Shown here piece by piece: positions 1-11,588 of a DNA stretch of 64,000 nt. The notes beneath the pieces were generated by a model. The model saw nothing but the letters and a program-made list of their open reading frames with translations, ran no database searches and was not told the DNA's origin. The translations under genes and the position numbers were made by a program. Source of the DNA: Sporopachydermia quercuum. Taxonomy: Eukaryota. Location: contig BCGN01000005.1 of the NCBI GenBank assembly GCA_001599295.1, positions 992,001-1,056,000 on the forward strand. The letters are read 5' to 3'. How positions within the stretch are numbered: the first letter of the stretch is position 1; each line of letters opens with the position of its first letter.

Positions 1-654
1 GAACAACGAGTCCTTATTACGAAGAAGAGGTGTGATCAATCAATCAAAACATTAATGAATAGCTAATCAATAAAAATAAATAGTTACCCGCAAATAGTAT
101 CATCTCCGAAATTAAATGAGGAGCTATTTTTATGACATCTGATATTGTAGAGGATTATTTGACTCTAACGTTTTGTTTTTCGACATATGATTTTCGGATC
201 TCTGTGCTTTATAGACACTTGACTCCAACCAATTTTCTACTATGTAAATCAACTAATCTTTTTACTTTTATTCATATTGCATACAGTTTTTTATAATTAT
301 AACAGATTGTTAATGAGTGGATTTTCACCGGTTCCTTGAAGTAGAAAATTTATCCTGACATTCCTAAAAGGTCAGGTTTCATCTCGGGACAATCTTGTAT
401 GTCCGACAAATGTGAGATGGGTACGACAACTTAGTATTTATTGATTATATGATCATGTAGTTTCTATGAATTGAACATCTTGATCAAGCTGAACCACAAC
501 TATTGAGCATAATATTGAAAGTAAACAAATAATATATGCTCTTACCTTGGATTAATTTTCAGTTTGATGACAAAAGAGTATTAGGGCGGACCTTAGTTCA
601 ACCATGAAGCTATGCCACAATTGGACAATCTAAAAAAAGAATACGATCGGCTCA

Positions 655-1263
655 ATGGATGAGTCAATCAAAACCTTGAACAGGCGGATCAGCTTGTTAG
701 AACTAGGTGTGGTTTCTGCTGATCAATCCGCGGTGTCACAACCGCCGAAGAGCTCAATTTTATCACTGCTCAATTTAATTCTAAAGAAAATAGATAAGAT
801 AAGCTCTTCGTTACCTGCTATTGAGCTCTTCATAGAGAAGCTAAATGAAGTTGAGCCTGGACTGTGGAAAGAAGTAACCGAGCCAGAATCAAAGACCAAA
901 AAGGACATAATGGAAGAGCCATTGAACTCATTGAAGCTTAAGGAGGTCAAGAATAAAGCCTACGTTTTGGAGTCGCTTGAGCCGCTAATAAAATTGTTGC
1001 GTGATGATTTCATTCAATTCCCAGAAATGGGTAATCTTCCGCCTTTGTTACAATTGGCTGGTAGCCTCTCTTTAATATCTGAACTCTTGAATGAGTTAGA
1101 GACTGTAGTAAGAAAATTAATTATGAGATCACTACTAGTACTCGAAGTTTTTTTGGAGAAGATTGTTGTAGAGGAGAACGATTTCTGGAATTCAACAGTT
1201 GACAGTTTTTCCAATTTGGCATTACGAATCAGCGCTATTGAACAAAACTGTGAAGACAGCTGA
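655..1263 (+). CDS. Leu-rich coiled-coil protein, possibly dynactin p24/Ldb18-like
   Basis: 202-aa ORF with heptad-like Leu periodicity; the N-terminal 'LNRRISLLE' and overall size fit dynactin subunit 3. Family call is tentative. Confidence 0.4.
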   Translation: MDESIKTLNRRISLLELGVVSADQSAVSQPPKSSILSLLNLILKKIDKISSSLPAIELFIEKLNEVEPGLWKEVTEPESKTKKDIMEEPLNSLKLKEVKNKAYVLESLEPLIKLLRDDFIQFPEMGNLPPLLQLAGSLSLISELLNELETVVRKLIMRSLLVLEVFLEKIVVEENDFWNSTVDSFSNLALRISAIEQNCEDS

Positions 1264-2138
1264 GTTACTTAGATATACTCTTTGAAGAAGCTAAAGCATT
1301 GCTGACTTTACTGGAGACACTATGAATATGAGCTGAGCAGTTTATCAAATACTCACTACATTGGTCACACTTACAACTATATAGATGCCGTACCCTATCT
1401 GGAGATTTGCCAGTTGTGTGGATTTTGCTAAAAAGCTTTATAATTGCTTAATAACCACTGCAGAATCTTGATAATTCTTATCACACTGATAAGTAGCAAT
1501 TTTTGTTCCAAGGGCTTTAATCGAAATGTCAGAGAACACATTTGGCACATCATGACTTCCTCGGTGTCCTACATTGATTGGTGTTCCGCTTTCACTTACA
1601 CAGCACACTGCATAATCTTGTTCTGAATGCACAAATATATCTATTAAATATATTATAAGTTGACTTCCGAAGCAAATATTTGCCTTATCTTTTTGTCCTT
1701 CTTATCGGATAATGCTGAGAGAAAAGACAATTGATATATCACGTGATTCTTGTCCCATTTTACCCTTCCTTGTCAGTTAGACTGATGAAATTTTTTAATA
1801 CCTTCGATTAGTCAGTTAGTCTAAGAGTATGTCCTTATACCACAGGTAAGTAAAAAAGACTTTATAATGGACAGATAGATATGTTTCCATTGCTATATTG
1901 AACGTTATTGAGCTACACAATTTTTAGCTGGTTAGTTGGCTTAGTTATTGAAGCTATAAATGAGGTGTTGTAGTGTAGAAGAGTCGCACTTCTTAGCAAA
2001 GACTCTGGTTTCCTCACCTCAACCTGAATATTTACTGTACCATGCTAGAAGAAACTGACTTCAAGTTTGATACAACCAAAAATTAAAATCAGATAATTAA
2101 ACATCATTGTCAACTTTAGCAACCATATTTAACAAGTA

Positions 2139-3518
2139 ATGCTTACTTCAGTAAGGTTTAATACTTTGGTTGTAAGAACTAGAGCATTTTCATTAAATAC
2201 ACTACAAATCAGACGACTTCAGCATGATTTACCTAATACAGAGTACTACACTCATATCACAGCACCAATGGAACAGAATTTAGCACTCAAGGAAGTGAAT
2301 AAAAGTTTTGAATACAGGAAGGCATTGGATCTCATTTTCAGCTCGCAGTCAAGCTCATCATCAACAGATAAAGATATCTACGTTCAACCAACGCCAAGAG
2401 AAAACGATCAAATAATAGTAGCAATGTCCTCTGGTGTAGACTCTTCCGTAACAGCAGCTTTGATGAAAGCGAAATATAAAAATGTGAAAGGTGTTTATAT
2501 GTGTAACTGGGAATCCGGATCCAGATGTACAGAAGCTGAATGGTATGACGTTCAAGCTGTTTGCCAGAAACTCAGTATTGAATGTCAACGTGTGAACTTT
2601 GAGAAAGATTATTGGGTAAGCGTATTTGAACCAATGCTCGAGGCTTACTCTCAAGGTTTAACTCCAAATCCTGATGTTAGTTGTAATCGATTTATCAAAT
2701 TTGGTGCACTAATGAATTACTTACAGTCGACCACGGATAACTCAAACTGGTGGTTAGCTACTGGTCATTATTCTAGAATTCTTACTAATTCTTTTACTAG
2801 GAGAAATTATCTGATGCGTGGATTATTTCAACGCAAGGATCAATCATACTATTTATCCAGCGTTGACAAAAACATCCTGAGGCGAACACTGTTGCCATTG
2901 GGACATTTAACGAAACCTCAAGTGCGGAGATTGGCTGTTGACTTTGACTTACCTACTGCTATGAAACCTGATTCGCAAGGATTATGTTTTGTTTCTCAGA
3001 ATCAAGATTATAGAAAATTCCGTGATTTCCTCGCCGAGTATATCTCACCTAAACCAGGTAATATAGTCACACAAGACGGAGAGATATTGGGCCAGCATAA
3101 TGGCCTTTGGCATGCGACAGTTGGCCAGAAAAGTGGAGTATGTGCTCCCCAAGGCAATCCCAAGTTTAAAGGTTCTTGGTTCACCAGTAAGAAAAATTAT
3201 GAAACTAACGAACTTATCGTGGTGAAAGGTAGAGATAACCTGGAGCTTTTCAGTAATCAAGTGGAAGCGATTAATTGGTCTTGGTTATGCGAAGAAGATG
3301 AAATTGAAGCTCTCAGATTTAAGAAGCGTTTGACATTTCAATATAGATCTTTGCAGGGTCCCATAGAAGTTAAGAATCTGGAGTTCAATGATAAGGAAAA
3401 GAAGAATATACTAATCAGTTGTAAGAGTGCCTGTAGAGCTATAGCGCCTGGTCAAAACGCTGTTTTGTATGATGGTGAGAAAGTTCTGGGTAGCGGAATG
3501 ATCGTTAATGCTTATTAA
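2139..3518 (+). CDS. SLM3: Mitochondrial tRNA 2-thiouridylase (MnmA/Mtu1)
   Basis: Motifs AMSSGVDSS (PP-loop), TPNPDVSCNRFIKF, ATGHY, KDQSYYL, DSQGLCF and RAIAPGQ; Arg-rich N-terminal presequence. Confidence 0.95.
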   Translation: MLTSVRFNTLVVRTRAFSLNTLQIRRLQHDLPNTEYYTHITAPMEQNLALKEVNKSFEYRKALDLIFSSQSSSSSTDKDIYVQPTPRENDQIIVAMSSGVDSSVTAALMKAKYKNVKGVYMCNWESGSRCTEAEWYDVQAVCQKLSIECQRVNFEKDYWVSVFEPMLEAYSQGLTPNPDVSCNRFIKFGALMNYLQSTTDNSNWWLATGHYSRILTNSFTRRNYLMRGLFQRKDQSYYLSSVDKNILRRTLLPLGHLTKPQVRRLAVDFDLPTAMKPDSQGLCFVSQNQDYRKFRDFLAEYISPKPGNIVTQDGEILGQHNGLWHATVGQKSGVCAPQGNPKFKGSWFTSKKNYETNELIVVKGRDNLELFSNQVEAINWSWLCEEDEIEALRFKKRLTFQYRSLQGPIEVKNLEFNDKEKKNILISCKSACRAIAPGQNAVLYDGEKVLGSGMIVNAY

Positions 3519-4069
3519 AGTTTATTTCGATAGGTAATAACATGAGGTTTACACGGCAATATTGAATCTGTAGGAGATTCAACATAGGTTTTGATGATCA
3601 TTCTTAGTAACAAGATTTGATACAAATTGCATATAGATTAGAATAAACTTGTAAAATAGACACATCCAATTGCGAAACCAAATGGAGTTTTAATAATTCG
3701 TACAGTCGCTGATACTTCTTTCTACGTTGTAGCTTTGTAAAGATTATCAGGATCAAAAATAACAGTAACATTTTAAACAGGAAGCAGAGCAGGAAAAGCC
3801 AATAGTGGTTAATATAAAGATCATCTTTAACTCTCAATAGTGGAAATTGGTCCTTGATCTAACCCATTAGGCGGTGATCTCTATTTTAAGTTTGCTCTCG
3901 TTCTTCATAATCAATAAATACAAGTATGTGTCATTACAAGATACAGTTAGAAGACCATGTATATAAGGTAAATAAATCAGACTTCTTCAATTGATTCTAC
4001 ATAAACCTCCTATTTTCTCCCATATAAATGATCCCTTGTCAATACACATCCCATGAAACTAATGCAAAT

Positions 4070-5272
4070 TCAATCCTCGAATATCTTTTCCAAGTAAACA
4101 CTGGGAATTATTCTACTGCCTCTTCCTCTCCTTTGATATGACTCCGCTACAGAATTAATATTTGATTCTTCGGATTCGCTGTATAGATCAGTTTGAGGAC
4201 TAGCCCCAACCCTAGAGTTATCATCTGTTAGTATCGAACCAGGTTCATCTCCACTAGGATCAAGGGTGGAATAATAACCAGCAGGCAAGTAAGAACTTGA
4301 AGGGCGAGCTTTCGCCATAGTTCCAGATATCACCGAAGAGTTCAGTGCGCCAGTGTTGAGGATATCAACTGTAGGTGAAATATACATTGATCCAGTATAA
4401 CCAGGTGCTCCAGAGACTGTGGTATTATTACCAACACCTGAGTCCGGATTCAAAGTGGAAAACGGAACCTGCCCTGCGTTATCAAAGCTGATGTTTGAAG
4501 TGTCATAGAATGAGGCATTTGGGTTCACTTTATTCATAAGCTCAAATGCAGAAGAACTTCGTCTCGTTAGATGTGTACCTCCCAAAGTAAGATCCTTCAT
4601 TTCAGCATTAAAAGGAGCGTCATCTGCAGAGTTATATAAAGTTCTTTTTGATGACTTCTTCAATTGAGACCGTAGTATCATGGCAACAGCAAATCTCCAT
4701 ACAAGTAATGCTACTAATAAACCTCCAATGATGGATCCAACTGCAATGAAAATTGTTCCCGCAGGGTATGTTGTTGTGTAAATGAAAGGATTATTTTGTG
4801 CAGCTGGTATAACTATGCTTGGCGCAGTATAACTTGAAGATGTAGTTAAGGTAGGCAATCCAGGCATACTACTGCTAGCAGATTCTGAAGTAACTGAGGG
4901 CAAAACACCTGTACCAGTACTAGTTTGACTTCCTCCACCTGTGATAGTTACTGTTGAAGCAGTTTTGGAAGTTGTTCCTGATGATGACGAAGCGGATGAC
5001 TCTTCTGTTGTCTCTGAGGCCTGTGTTTCTGTTGTTCCTTCTTGCGAGGAGGACGGTGCAGATGTAGCGGTTGTTAAAGCAGGAAGTCCTTCTGTTTCCG
5101 TACTTGATTGATCGTTGTTATTGTTGTTAGTGCTTGTATTTTGGTCATCGTTATTGTTACTGCTGTTATCATTGTCATTTTGACTGCTATCGTCACTGCT
5201 TTGACCCATCACTAGATGGGCCATCACAACTACTGGAAAAAGAGCTCTATGATTTGCGACACCCATTATCAT
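4070..5272 (-). CDS. Ser/Thr-rich type I membrane protein, YNL058C/Prm5/Csi2 family
   Basis: Signal-like N-terminus, S/T-rich region, 'NNPFI...PAGTIFIAVGSIIG' TM motif and C-terminal 'PSVYLE'. Lies beside OCA2 and POR1, as YNL058C does in S. cerevisiae. Confidence 0.75.
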   Translation of the reverse strand: MIMGVANHRALFPVVVMAHLVMGQSSDDSSQNDNDNSSNNNDDQNTSTNNNNNDQSSTETEGLPALTTATSAPSSSQEGTTETQASETTEESSASSSSGTTSKTASTVTITGGGSQTSTGTGVLPSVTSESASSSMPGLPTLTTSSSYTAPSIVIPAAQNNPFIYTTTYPAGTIFIAVGSIIGGLLVALLVWRFAVAMILRSQLKKSSKRTLYNSADDAPFNAEMKDLTLGGTHLTRRSSSAFELMNKVNPNASFYDTSNISFDNAGQVPFSTLNPDSGVGNNTTVSGAPGYTGSMYISPTVDILNTGALNSSVISGTMAKARPSSSYLPAGYYSTLDPSGDEPGSILTDDNSRVGASPQTDLYSESEESNINSVAESYQRRGRGSRIIPSVYLEKIFED

Positions 5273-6121
5273 CAGATTTCACTCTACCTTAATATCAATG
5301 ATTACCCCTAAAATTACCAGTATTGATAACTGGTTATGTGACATATATCGAAGCTCTACCTACATAGAATGTTCTTCTCAACATCTACAAAGCCTATTTG
5401 TCATTCATGTATATTCTTGTTCATGTATATTTTTGTCCAGATCAGAAAAAATTCGTAGCCCAAAATAGACTGAAATGGGCAATGATTTAGAGTTTAGATG
5501 GCTCTCTTATTGTGTTTTTCCATATCCACAATTCATACATAGTGAGATGTGTGGAGTGAGTTAGCTTCACACGCCGAATTTGAAAATTCATTGGGCAATG
5601 ACAGGAAATGAAAAACCAATCAATGGTTTAATTATCGGGCTTTGCAATTTGTTATAGAAAGGTTAAGAAATAGAATTTGCAAGTTCTTGGGAAGTTTCAA
5701 TATTATGTGTATTATACATAAGTTAACACATAATGATCACTTGTTCTCATGCACGTCACGTGTAATTATGGGTTTCGGAGATGATGGACATCCTGAATAT
5801 ATTCCGATCTTATGCTCATGAGTCTGTCACGTTTCTGCTCAGCTGTCAATTCCTCCCGATGAGGCTTCACACACATTTCATCATTCATTTGTCAAAAAAC
5901 GCTCACTAGCAAAACGTAAAAATCCTAGGAGGACACTCATTGGAAAATTAATGAGGTTAGGATGCTTTCGGTTTCTAGATAGTATCTAAATTTGAAAAAA
6001 AGTTAGTTCTATTAACAGATGCAATCAATGAATATCTAACAAAATGAAGGATCATCAGATTCTGATATCACAATCACACATCAACCTTCCAGAGTTGAGG
6101 ACGAATCAAAAGAAAAAGATT

Positions 6122-6736
6122 ATGGTGCCTCCAATCAACTTTTCAGTTATTGAAGATCAAATATATCGAAGTGGACATCCAGTTCCAATAAATTTTCCTT
6201 TTCTAGAAACGTTGAAACTCAAAACAGTGATCTATTTGAGTGAGAAGCCGAAGGAGTCAAAGAAAGAAAAAGACGGGAAGAAGGAATCAAAAGATAGAAG
6301 CAAGAAGGAAATTCAAGCTGGATACCGTGAGTGGGCTAATAATAATGGAATCGCTATTCATGATATTGAGCTGGAAGCAGTTAAAGAGCCTTTTTTCTAC
6401 TCTGGNGGGCCGGAGCAATTACCAGGTGAGCATAAACAGGAAACACACAAAGCTGTGGAGAAAGCATTGACTTTATTAGTTGATAAAAGGAATTTTCCTA
6501 TACTTGTTCACTCGGATAAAGGGAAACACCGTGTTGGAATGTTGGTAGCTATAATGCGGAAATTATTACAGGGCTGGTGTTTAAGCGGGATATTTGATGA
6601 GTATACAAAATTCTCGCTAGGCAAGAGTGATGTGGATAATGAATTTATTGAGTGGTTTGAATGTATAATTGAATGTGACGAAAGGNACTTGCCTGATTTT
6701 GTCCGAATAGATGATCCATTGGGTAATGATAAATAA
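6122..6736 (+). CDS. OCA2: Oca2-like tyrosine pseudophosphatase (Siw14/Oca family)
   Basis: MVPPINFSVIEDQIYRSGHP start; the active-site loop HSDKGKHR has Ser in place of the catalytic Cys, as in Oca2. An upstream ATG at 6044 is possible. Confidence 0.85.
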   Translation: MVPPINFSVIEDQIYRSGHPVPINFPFLETLKLKTVIYLSEKPKESKKEKDGKKESKDRSKKEIQAGYREWANNNGIAIHDIELEAVKEPFFYSXGPEQLPGEHKQETHKAVEKALTLLVDKRNFPILVHSDKGKHRVGMLVAIMRKLLQGWCLSGIFDEYTKFSLGKSDVDNEFIEWFECIIECDERXLPDFVRIDDPLGNDK

Positions 6737-7073
6737 GGTCTTCTTAAAATTTTTTTTTTTTGCTTTTTCTTTTTTCTTGAGACATTTGTAAGAGAATGGT
6801 TTGCTATTTTATATTTGGACGGCACAAGTTGTAAGTTCATTGATATGAAAAGGAATGCATTTCGAAATCTAANGCTTTGTGCTAAATAACAAGACTCATT
6901 GCTAAACTGTAAGATAAGACCCAATCTGGCTTCTGAGATGACTAAACGGTTTTTAAGTACTGCCACTACCGAAACGTAACTACAGCCTATACGAATATAA
7001 TGGGATACAAAAAGAAACAATGTTTGAGATATCTGTTGCATTATCAGCAAACAATTTGCTATACTCGATCTGT

Positions 7074-7922
7074 TTAAGCAGCGAAAGACAATGAGAGACC
7101 TAACTTGTGGGAAGGTTCATTAAGTCTTAAGGCATTGAAAGAGGCACCAAGNCCAAGTGTGACACCAGGTCTGAGAACTTGGTTGTAAGCAACGCTGGCA
7201 ATACCTTGATCATTGATCTTACCCTTGACAAAGGCAGAGGAGTCCAAAACGTACTTGGAAGCCAATTCGATACCAACAGCATTGGAGGTAGCAGAATCCC
7301 AAGTAGCCTTTGCACCAGCTTCGACACCGGGCTTAACAGCGTGGTAGTAGGCAGCAGAGAAAACGCTCAAATTGTTATTGGCAGCAACGGATAAAGTGTA
7401 TAAAGGATGGATATAACCAAAAGCACCAGAATACTTAGAAACCTTAGAAGCGGAAATATCATAACCGACTTCAGCACCAGCAACAAATCCGTCATGGGCA
7501 ACGGAGAAGTCTCCAGTGAAAGTTCCCTTGAGGAGATCAAAGAAGGCTCTAGAGTTCAATGATGGTTGAGCGAAGAATAAGTTGAGCTTAGCATTCTTAG
7601 CACCAGTGGGGATGAATGAGGTGGCAAATTCAGCCTTGAAACCTGGAGTGAGAGCATCAGCGATTTCAAACTTGGTGTCCAAAACATTGGCACTAGTCCA
7701 GCCTTGAGTCAATGAAAGACCAGTGGCCTTATCAGTGTACTTGGCCTCAACATTACCAGAGATAGTACCATCCTTTGGAGATGATTTACCCTTGACAGCG
7801 AAAGTAACACCATTAGGAGCTTTGGTCTTGACGTCTAAAGCGGCAGTGGACAGGTGGTAGAAGTCTTTGTTCAACAAGTCGTTGGACTTCTTGGAAATAT
7901 CGGAATAAGCAGGAGGGGCCAT
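7074..7922 (-). CDS. POR1: Mitochondrial porin (VDAC)
   Basis: MAPPAYSDISKKSNDLLNKDFYH start, 282 aa, C-terminal HKLGLSLSF, strong codon bias. Confidence 0.97.
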   Translation of the reverse strand: MAPPAYSDISKKSNDLLNKDFYHLSTAALDVKTKAPNGVTFAVKGKSSPKDGTISGNVEAKYTDKATGLSLTQGWTSANVLDTKFEIADALTPGFKAEFATSFIPTGAKNAKLNLFFAQPSLNSRAFFDLLKGTFTGDFSVAHDGFVAGAEVGYDISASKVSKYSGAFGYIHPLYTLSVAANNNLSVFSAAYYHAVKPGVEAGAKATWDSATSNAVGIELASKYVLDSSAFVKGKINDQGIASVAYNQVLRPGVTLXLGASFNALRLNEPSHKLGLSLSFAA

Positions 7923-9134
7923 TGTGATCGGTTTGACGAGTTCGAATAAATATCAATTCAATGGTAACACAAACAAAATATTCTGTTATTTTTGTGATAA
8001 TTTTTAACAACTAATTATTAGTATGATGATGTAGTAGGAAGATGTAGATAAGAAGAACTAATTGCCATTGAGAGTTATATTGGGAAATCAATGGCTATTT
8101 TCAAGTCAATTGATGGAGAAATTCAACAATCTCTTAAAGTTTATAGATTTTGAAGTTTAAATGTGAGGTCCACGAATAAGAAGCCATTAACATGACATTT
8201 ATATGACAAGGGGAGTTTTCTATAGGCCTAGTTGAAACATTCTCTGACTTTAAGGGTTAATTCTGCAGGACATTTTCGCAAAGGGAGACATGACGTGTCA
8301 AGAAGTTGTGAGACCTTGTGACCCACAGACCCTTGAGAGAGGCATAATAAATTATAGTTGTTGGAACTTGAGAGTCATTTCAAAACTTATTAGGAATATT
8401 TACATTCTGATTAAGACAAAACCCATAAAACTGGGGGATGTATTGCGTATAACGAAGGATGTAACATCGAGCATAGGACATACATTAAACTGCATACAGA
8501 CAAAGCAAGTATGAAAACCAATGAAAGTGGAGAATAGTCATTGATCCAATTGTCAAGAATTAGAAGTAACAAAACAATAATTTTGCCAATTGTGTACAAA
8601 AATATTGGGGCACTCGTTTAACTCGCTTCTTCAATAGTTTTCCTTTTCAATCTGAAAACTTCCACTTCTCTCTCCTAGTTGGGATTGGGTTTTCATGTAC
8701 GCAGAATTCGACAGATTTCACACTAGCGTACAGGGAATAGTTCGTAATTATCCCGATGATCTAATCATTTTTGTATTTTTCTATCAGCCAGCTCCTACAG
8801 TTTTCTGCTTGAAGAAAATTGATAATGGTTCTCATGAGTATCTGGTAGTTGAATCAATATTTATTATTTGCTAGTTAGTAACTAAAGCGCTGTCTATACA
8901 TAATAAACAGAAGATCTTGTTCCTCATTGTTTTATATTTGAACCCAAATTTTATCGCCAAATCACATGAAAGAAAGTAAGTATGATGTGATGAGTNGAGA
9001 TATAAACTCAACAATTTGCTTCTTATTTTGGTTATGTCATTGAGGTTACAATACATTACATATAAAAAAAATCATCTAACAGTTCCGTAATAAGATTATT
9101 TAATTCTTACACAATAGTAAGTATTACATTAGTG

Positions 9135-9294
9135 CATTTATTCCAGTAACTGAAGAAGAATATGGAGACTCCGCCCCTCATCAAAATTTCCAAAACCCCG
9201 AGAGTTTTCGTCAGAGGGGTCTGAGCTCAAAGGGTAATAATGAGAATGCAAAAATCTTGCATATCCTTGCATTATACCTCGTGTCTGGAAAATG
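9135..9294 (-). ncRNA. Candidate structured ncRNA (three-way junction with C'/D'-type kink-turn)
   Basis: Terminal stem plus two hairpins; CCCCU-CUGA pairs with UGAUGA-GGGG; TATA-like run at 9397-9406 upstream on the minus strand. Confidence 0.45.
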
Positions 9295-9829
9295 ATTTAT
9301 AGTGTATTGATGAACTAAGATATTATTGAAATTGAATTTGTATGCAATATGGTGCGCAACGTGCTCCATGAGGATGACATGTGCAAATTGGTCTAGTATA
9401 TATATAGGGCTTTTATTTAATCGGCTAAAGAGTATTTGATAGTGCCATCAGGATAGCTCAAATTCTTAACACTAAAGAACTAAAAAAATATCGAACTTGA
9501 CGATTCAGGATCTATCGTATTTAGGTAGTGAGAGTTTCTAATTACTTGAACTGTAATTGAGATCGTTTTAATTCTGATTATTCATTCACCTTGTTGACAG
9601 CGTGGACTGTGGCCATGTTCAAATACTGGCTTACTTTTGAGATCAATGTATGTAGGGCATCACAATAACCAGGAACCGCCACTACGTTTACATTAAGATG
9701 GGCTATTACATCGTAAACATCCCTCCTCACTGGTTAATTTGTTTTCTACTCATCATATATGTGGCAATAGCCACATAATTTGGAATTGTAACAGTTCAAA
9801 AGTAATCTTCCAAAAGTTAGTTACTTCTC

Positions 9830-10676
9830 TCAGCTACTCAACGCTGCTTTTTCTTTTAACAAATTAGTGATTTTATCCTTCTGAGTCTGGATCTGCTCGT
9901 AGATTTTATCCATGCCAGCAGAAATTCTGTCAAGTTCTTCATTCTCTGTTTGAATTGCAAATTTCACTCCTTCCTTCCGTTTTTCGGGTAACAGCACAGG
10001 ATGTTTTGTCATGACCTCAAAAAATTCTTCTGTGGGTTCGTTGAATACAACCTCATCGTAATAAATACTCTCAACCACACCAGTCCTACTTGTAGCTATA
10101 TTGCTAGTAACTTCCTCTAAATTATTAGGTAATTCATGACTTTTGCCTTCTTCTTTTTTCATGCTTGCTAGACCAGTTGAGCCTGGAATATATGGATGCA
10201 ACTTTAAATGATGATACACAGTCAAGTTCTTTTCGCTAGCTTCTGGCACGAAAAATATACGAATCGTTATTTCGAATTCACCCCAACCGGTTTCTGTCAC
10301 TTCAAATGGTGGAGCATCAATAGTCCGCAGAGAATTGACGTAAGTGTCGTGTAGTTTGAATACAACTTTCTTGACAAATGGTGTCAAATCCCCACCACAA
10401 GGATCTCGAACGAAAATAGTCCAGCTGTGTGTATGATCGGGTGGTGTATCTTTAGGTCTTTTGGAATGATCACTTGGTAGAGGAGTTGCTGTATTACCAA
10501 AGATAATTGGTCTTGATATTGAGATATTCTATTGTGTCGAAGTTAGTAGTCTTATCAAACCTTTCTTTGAAGTTGTTTTTCATGATTCATTGCTTACTAT
10601 TCAGTGTTCATGATAGTAGGAGACAATACCGTTGTCTCATGTTTTAACTTACTTTCACCCTTTTAGCTGGTGCCAT
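9830..10676 (-). CDS. YAF9: YEATS-domain protein Yaf9; exons 10676-10653 and 10528-9830
   Basis: Splicing GTAAGT...TACTAAC...TAG gives MAPAKRVK/NISISRPIIFGNTA...HTHSWTIFVR...PPFEVTETGWGEF. Confidence 0.93.
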
Positions 10677-10849
10677 TATATAATTCCTAATTCCTAATTT
10701 CGCGTTTAAGATAATAATATAAATTCTCTGTATGATAGCTTGGTACAAATCTTACAGTGACAATAATTATTTGTGTGAATTCTTATCAACAATCTTGGAA
10801 AAGTTGTTTTTTCTTCGCATTTTAGTGATTATAATGTATAGATGAAGAA

Positions 10850-10860
10850 TTACCCGGGTA
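10850..10860. promoter_or_regulatory. Reb1-type site (TTACCCG; palindrome TACCCGGGTA) in the YAF9/TFC7 divergent promoter
   Basis: Exact TTACCCG match. The same motif occurs intergenically at 84-90, 23928-23934, 29117-29123 and 42283-42289. Confidence 0.55.
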
Positions 10861-11588
10861 GTTACTGCAATCTCATGCATACTTTCGCGCAGAAGACATC
10901 ACATGCACTATAGTTGCATAGTTGCATTCATGTATTCAGGTCTTGATTTTCAATAGAATAAAAATATCATGAATAATTGCCAGAGAAAGCTTTAAGAAGA
11001 TTCTATTTTCTTGTTTAATGCGCTCTGATATTCCTTTTATAGTCTGTTTTTGCTTCTGGGGTTTTCTTTTTTCAATCATTGCATTTTCCTGAGCTCGACA
11101 ATTAAGGCGAGAATGATCCAAATCCCACAACAAGCCATGTATAGTTTTATGCATTGGTACCATTCTTATTTAAAAAGTCCAGTTATTCCAATTATTATTG
11201 AATATTCTTGAAACTATCTAAGTAGAACCATCGAGATTGAGATACCTTTTTTACTTTATTATCTATAAAGTGGCTCCCAATAGCTTTACTAGCATCAATT
11301 ATCTATCAATTGGACAACTTAGTTCATCCCATCGTAATCAACACTCCCTAAATGCACATGGCTGCAGTAACCTGCAGTCACCTGCAGGTCCCTAATACAA
11401 ATAAGTTGTTTAGTATTATGCTTCCCACATTTTTGTTTGTTGACTTACCCATTCATTTTGTTTCAAATCGGCTAAAAGAGATAAGTATATATGTATCAAC
11501 TCTTTGAAGATTCCATTTTGAGTTATCAAATAAAAGCAGAGATTCTCTGGAAAAGCGACAAAATAGGCAATGAAATCCACCAGCAAAA

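Noticed and set aside
1829..2151. Upstream exon (ATG...CAG/GTAAGT) for SLM3
   Set aside because: No candidate acceptor (2119, 2136, 2151) joins in frame with SLM3; at most a UTR intron or uORF.
6508..7050. 180-aa minus-strand ORF and similar shadow ORFs (e.g. 21014-21376, 25133-25477, 14504-14824)
   Set aside because: Antisense to, or overlapping, well-supported genes; non-ATG starts and no recognisable motifs.
9178..9215. SECIS-like UGAC/UGAU quartet together with the UCA tRNA fragment, read as a selenocysteine system
   Set aside because: No 11-13 bp helix II or apical AA loop, the element is not clearly in a 3' UTR, no gene shows an in-frame TGA at a Cys position, and the tRNA piece is truncated with an ordinary D-arm.
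9185..9215. Hammerhead ribozyme core (CUGACGA...GAAA) on the minus strand
   Set aside because: Extra bases separate stem II from GAAA, and no stem III or UH cleavage site can form.
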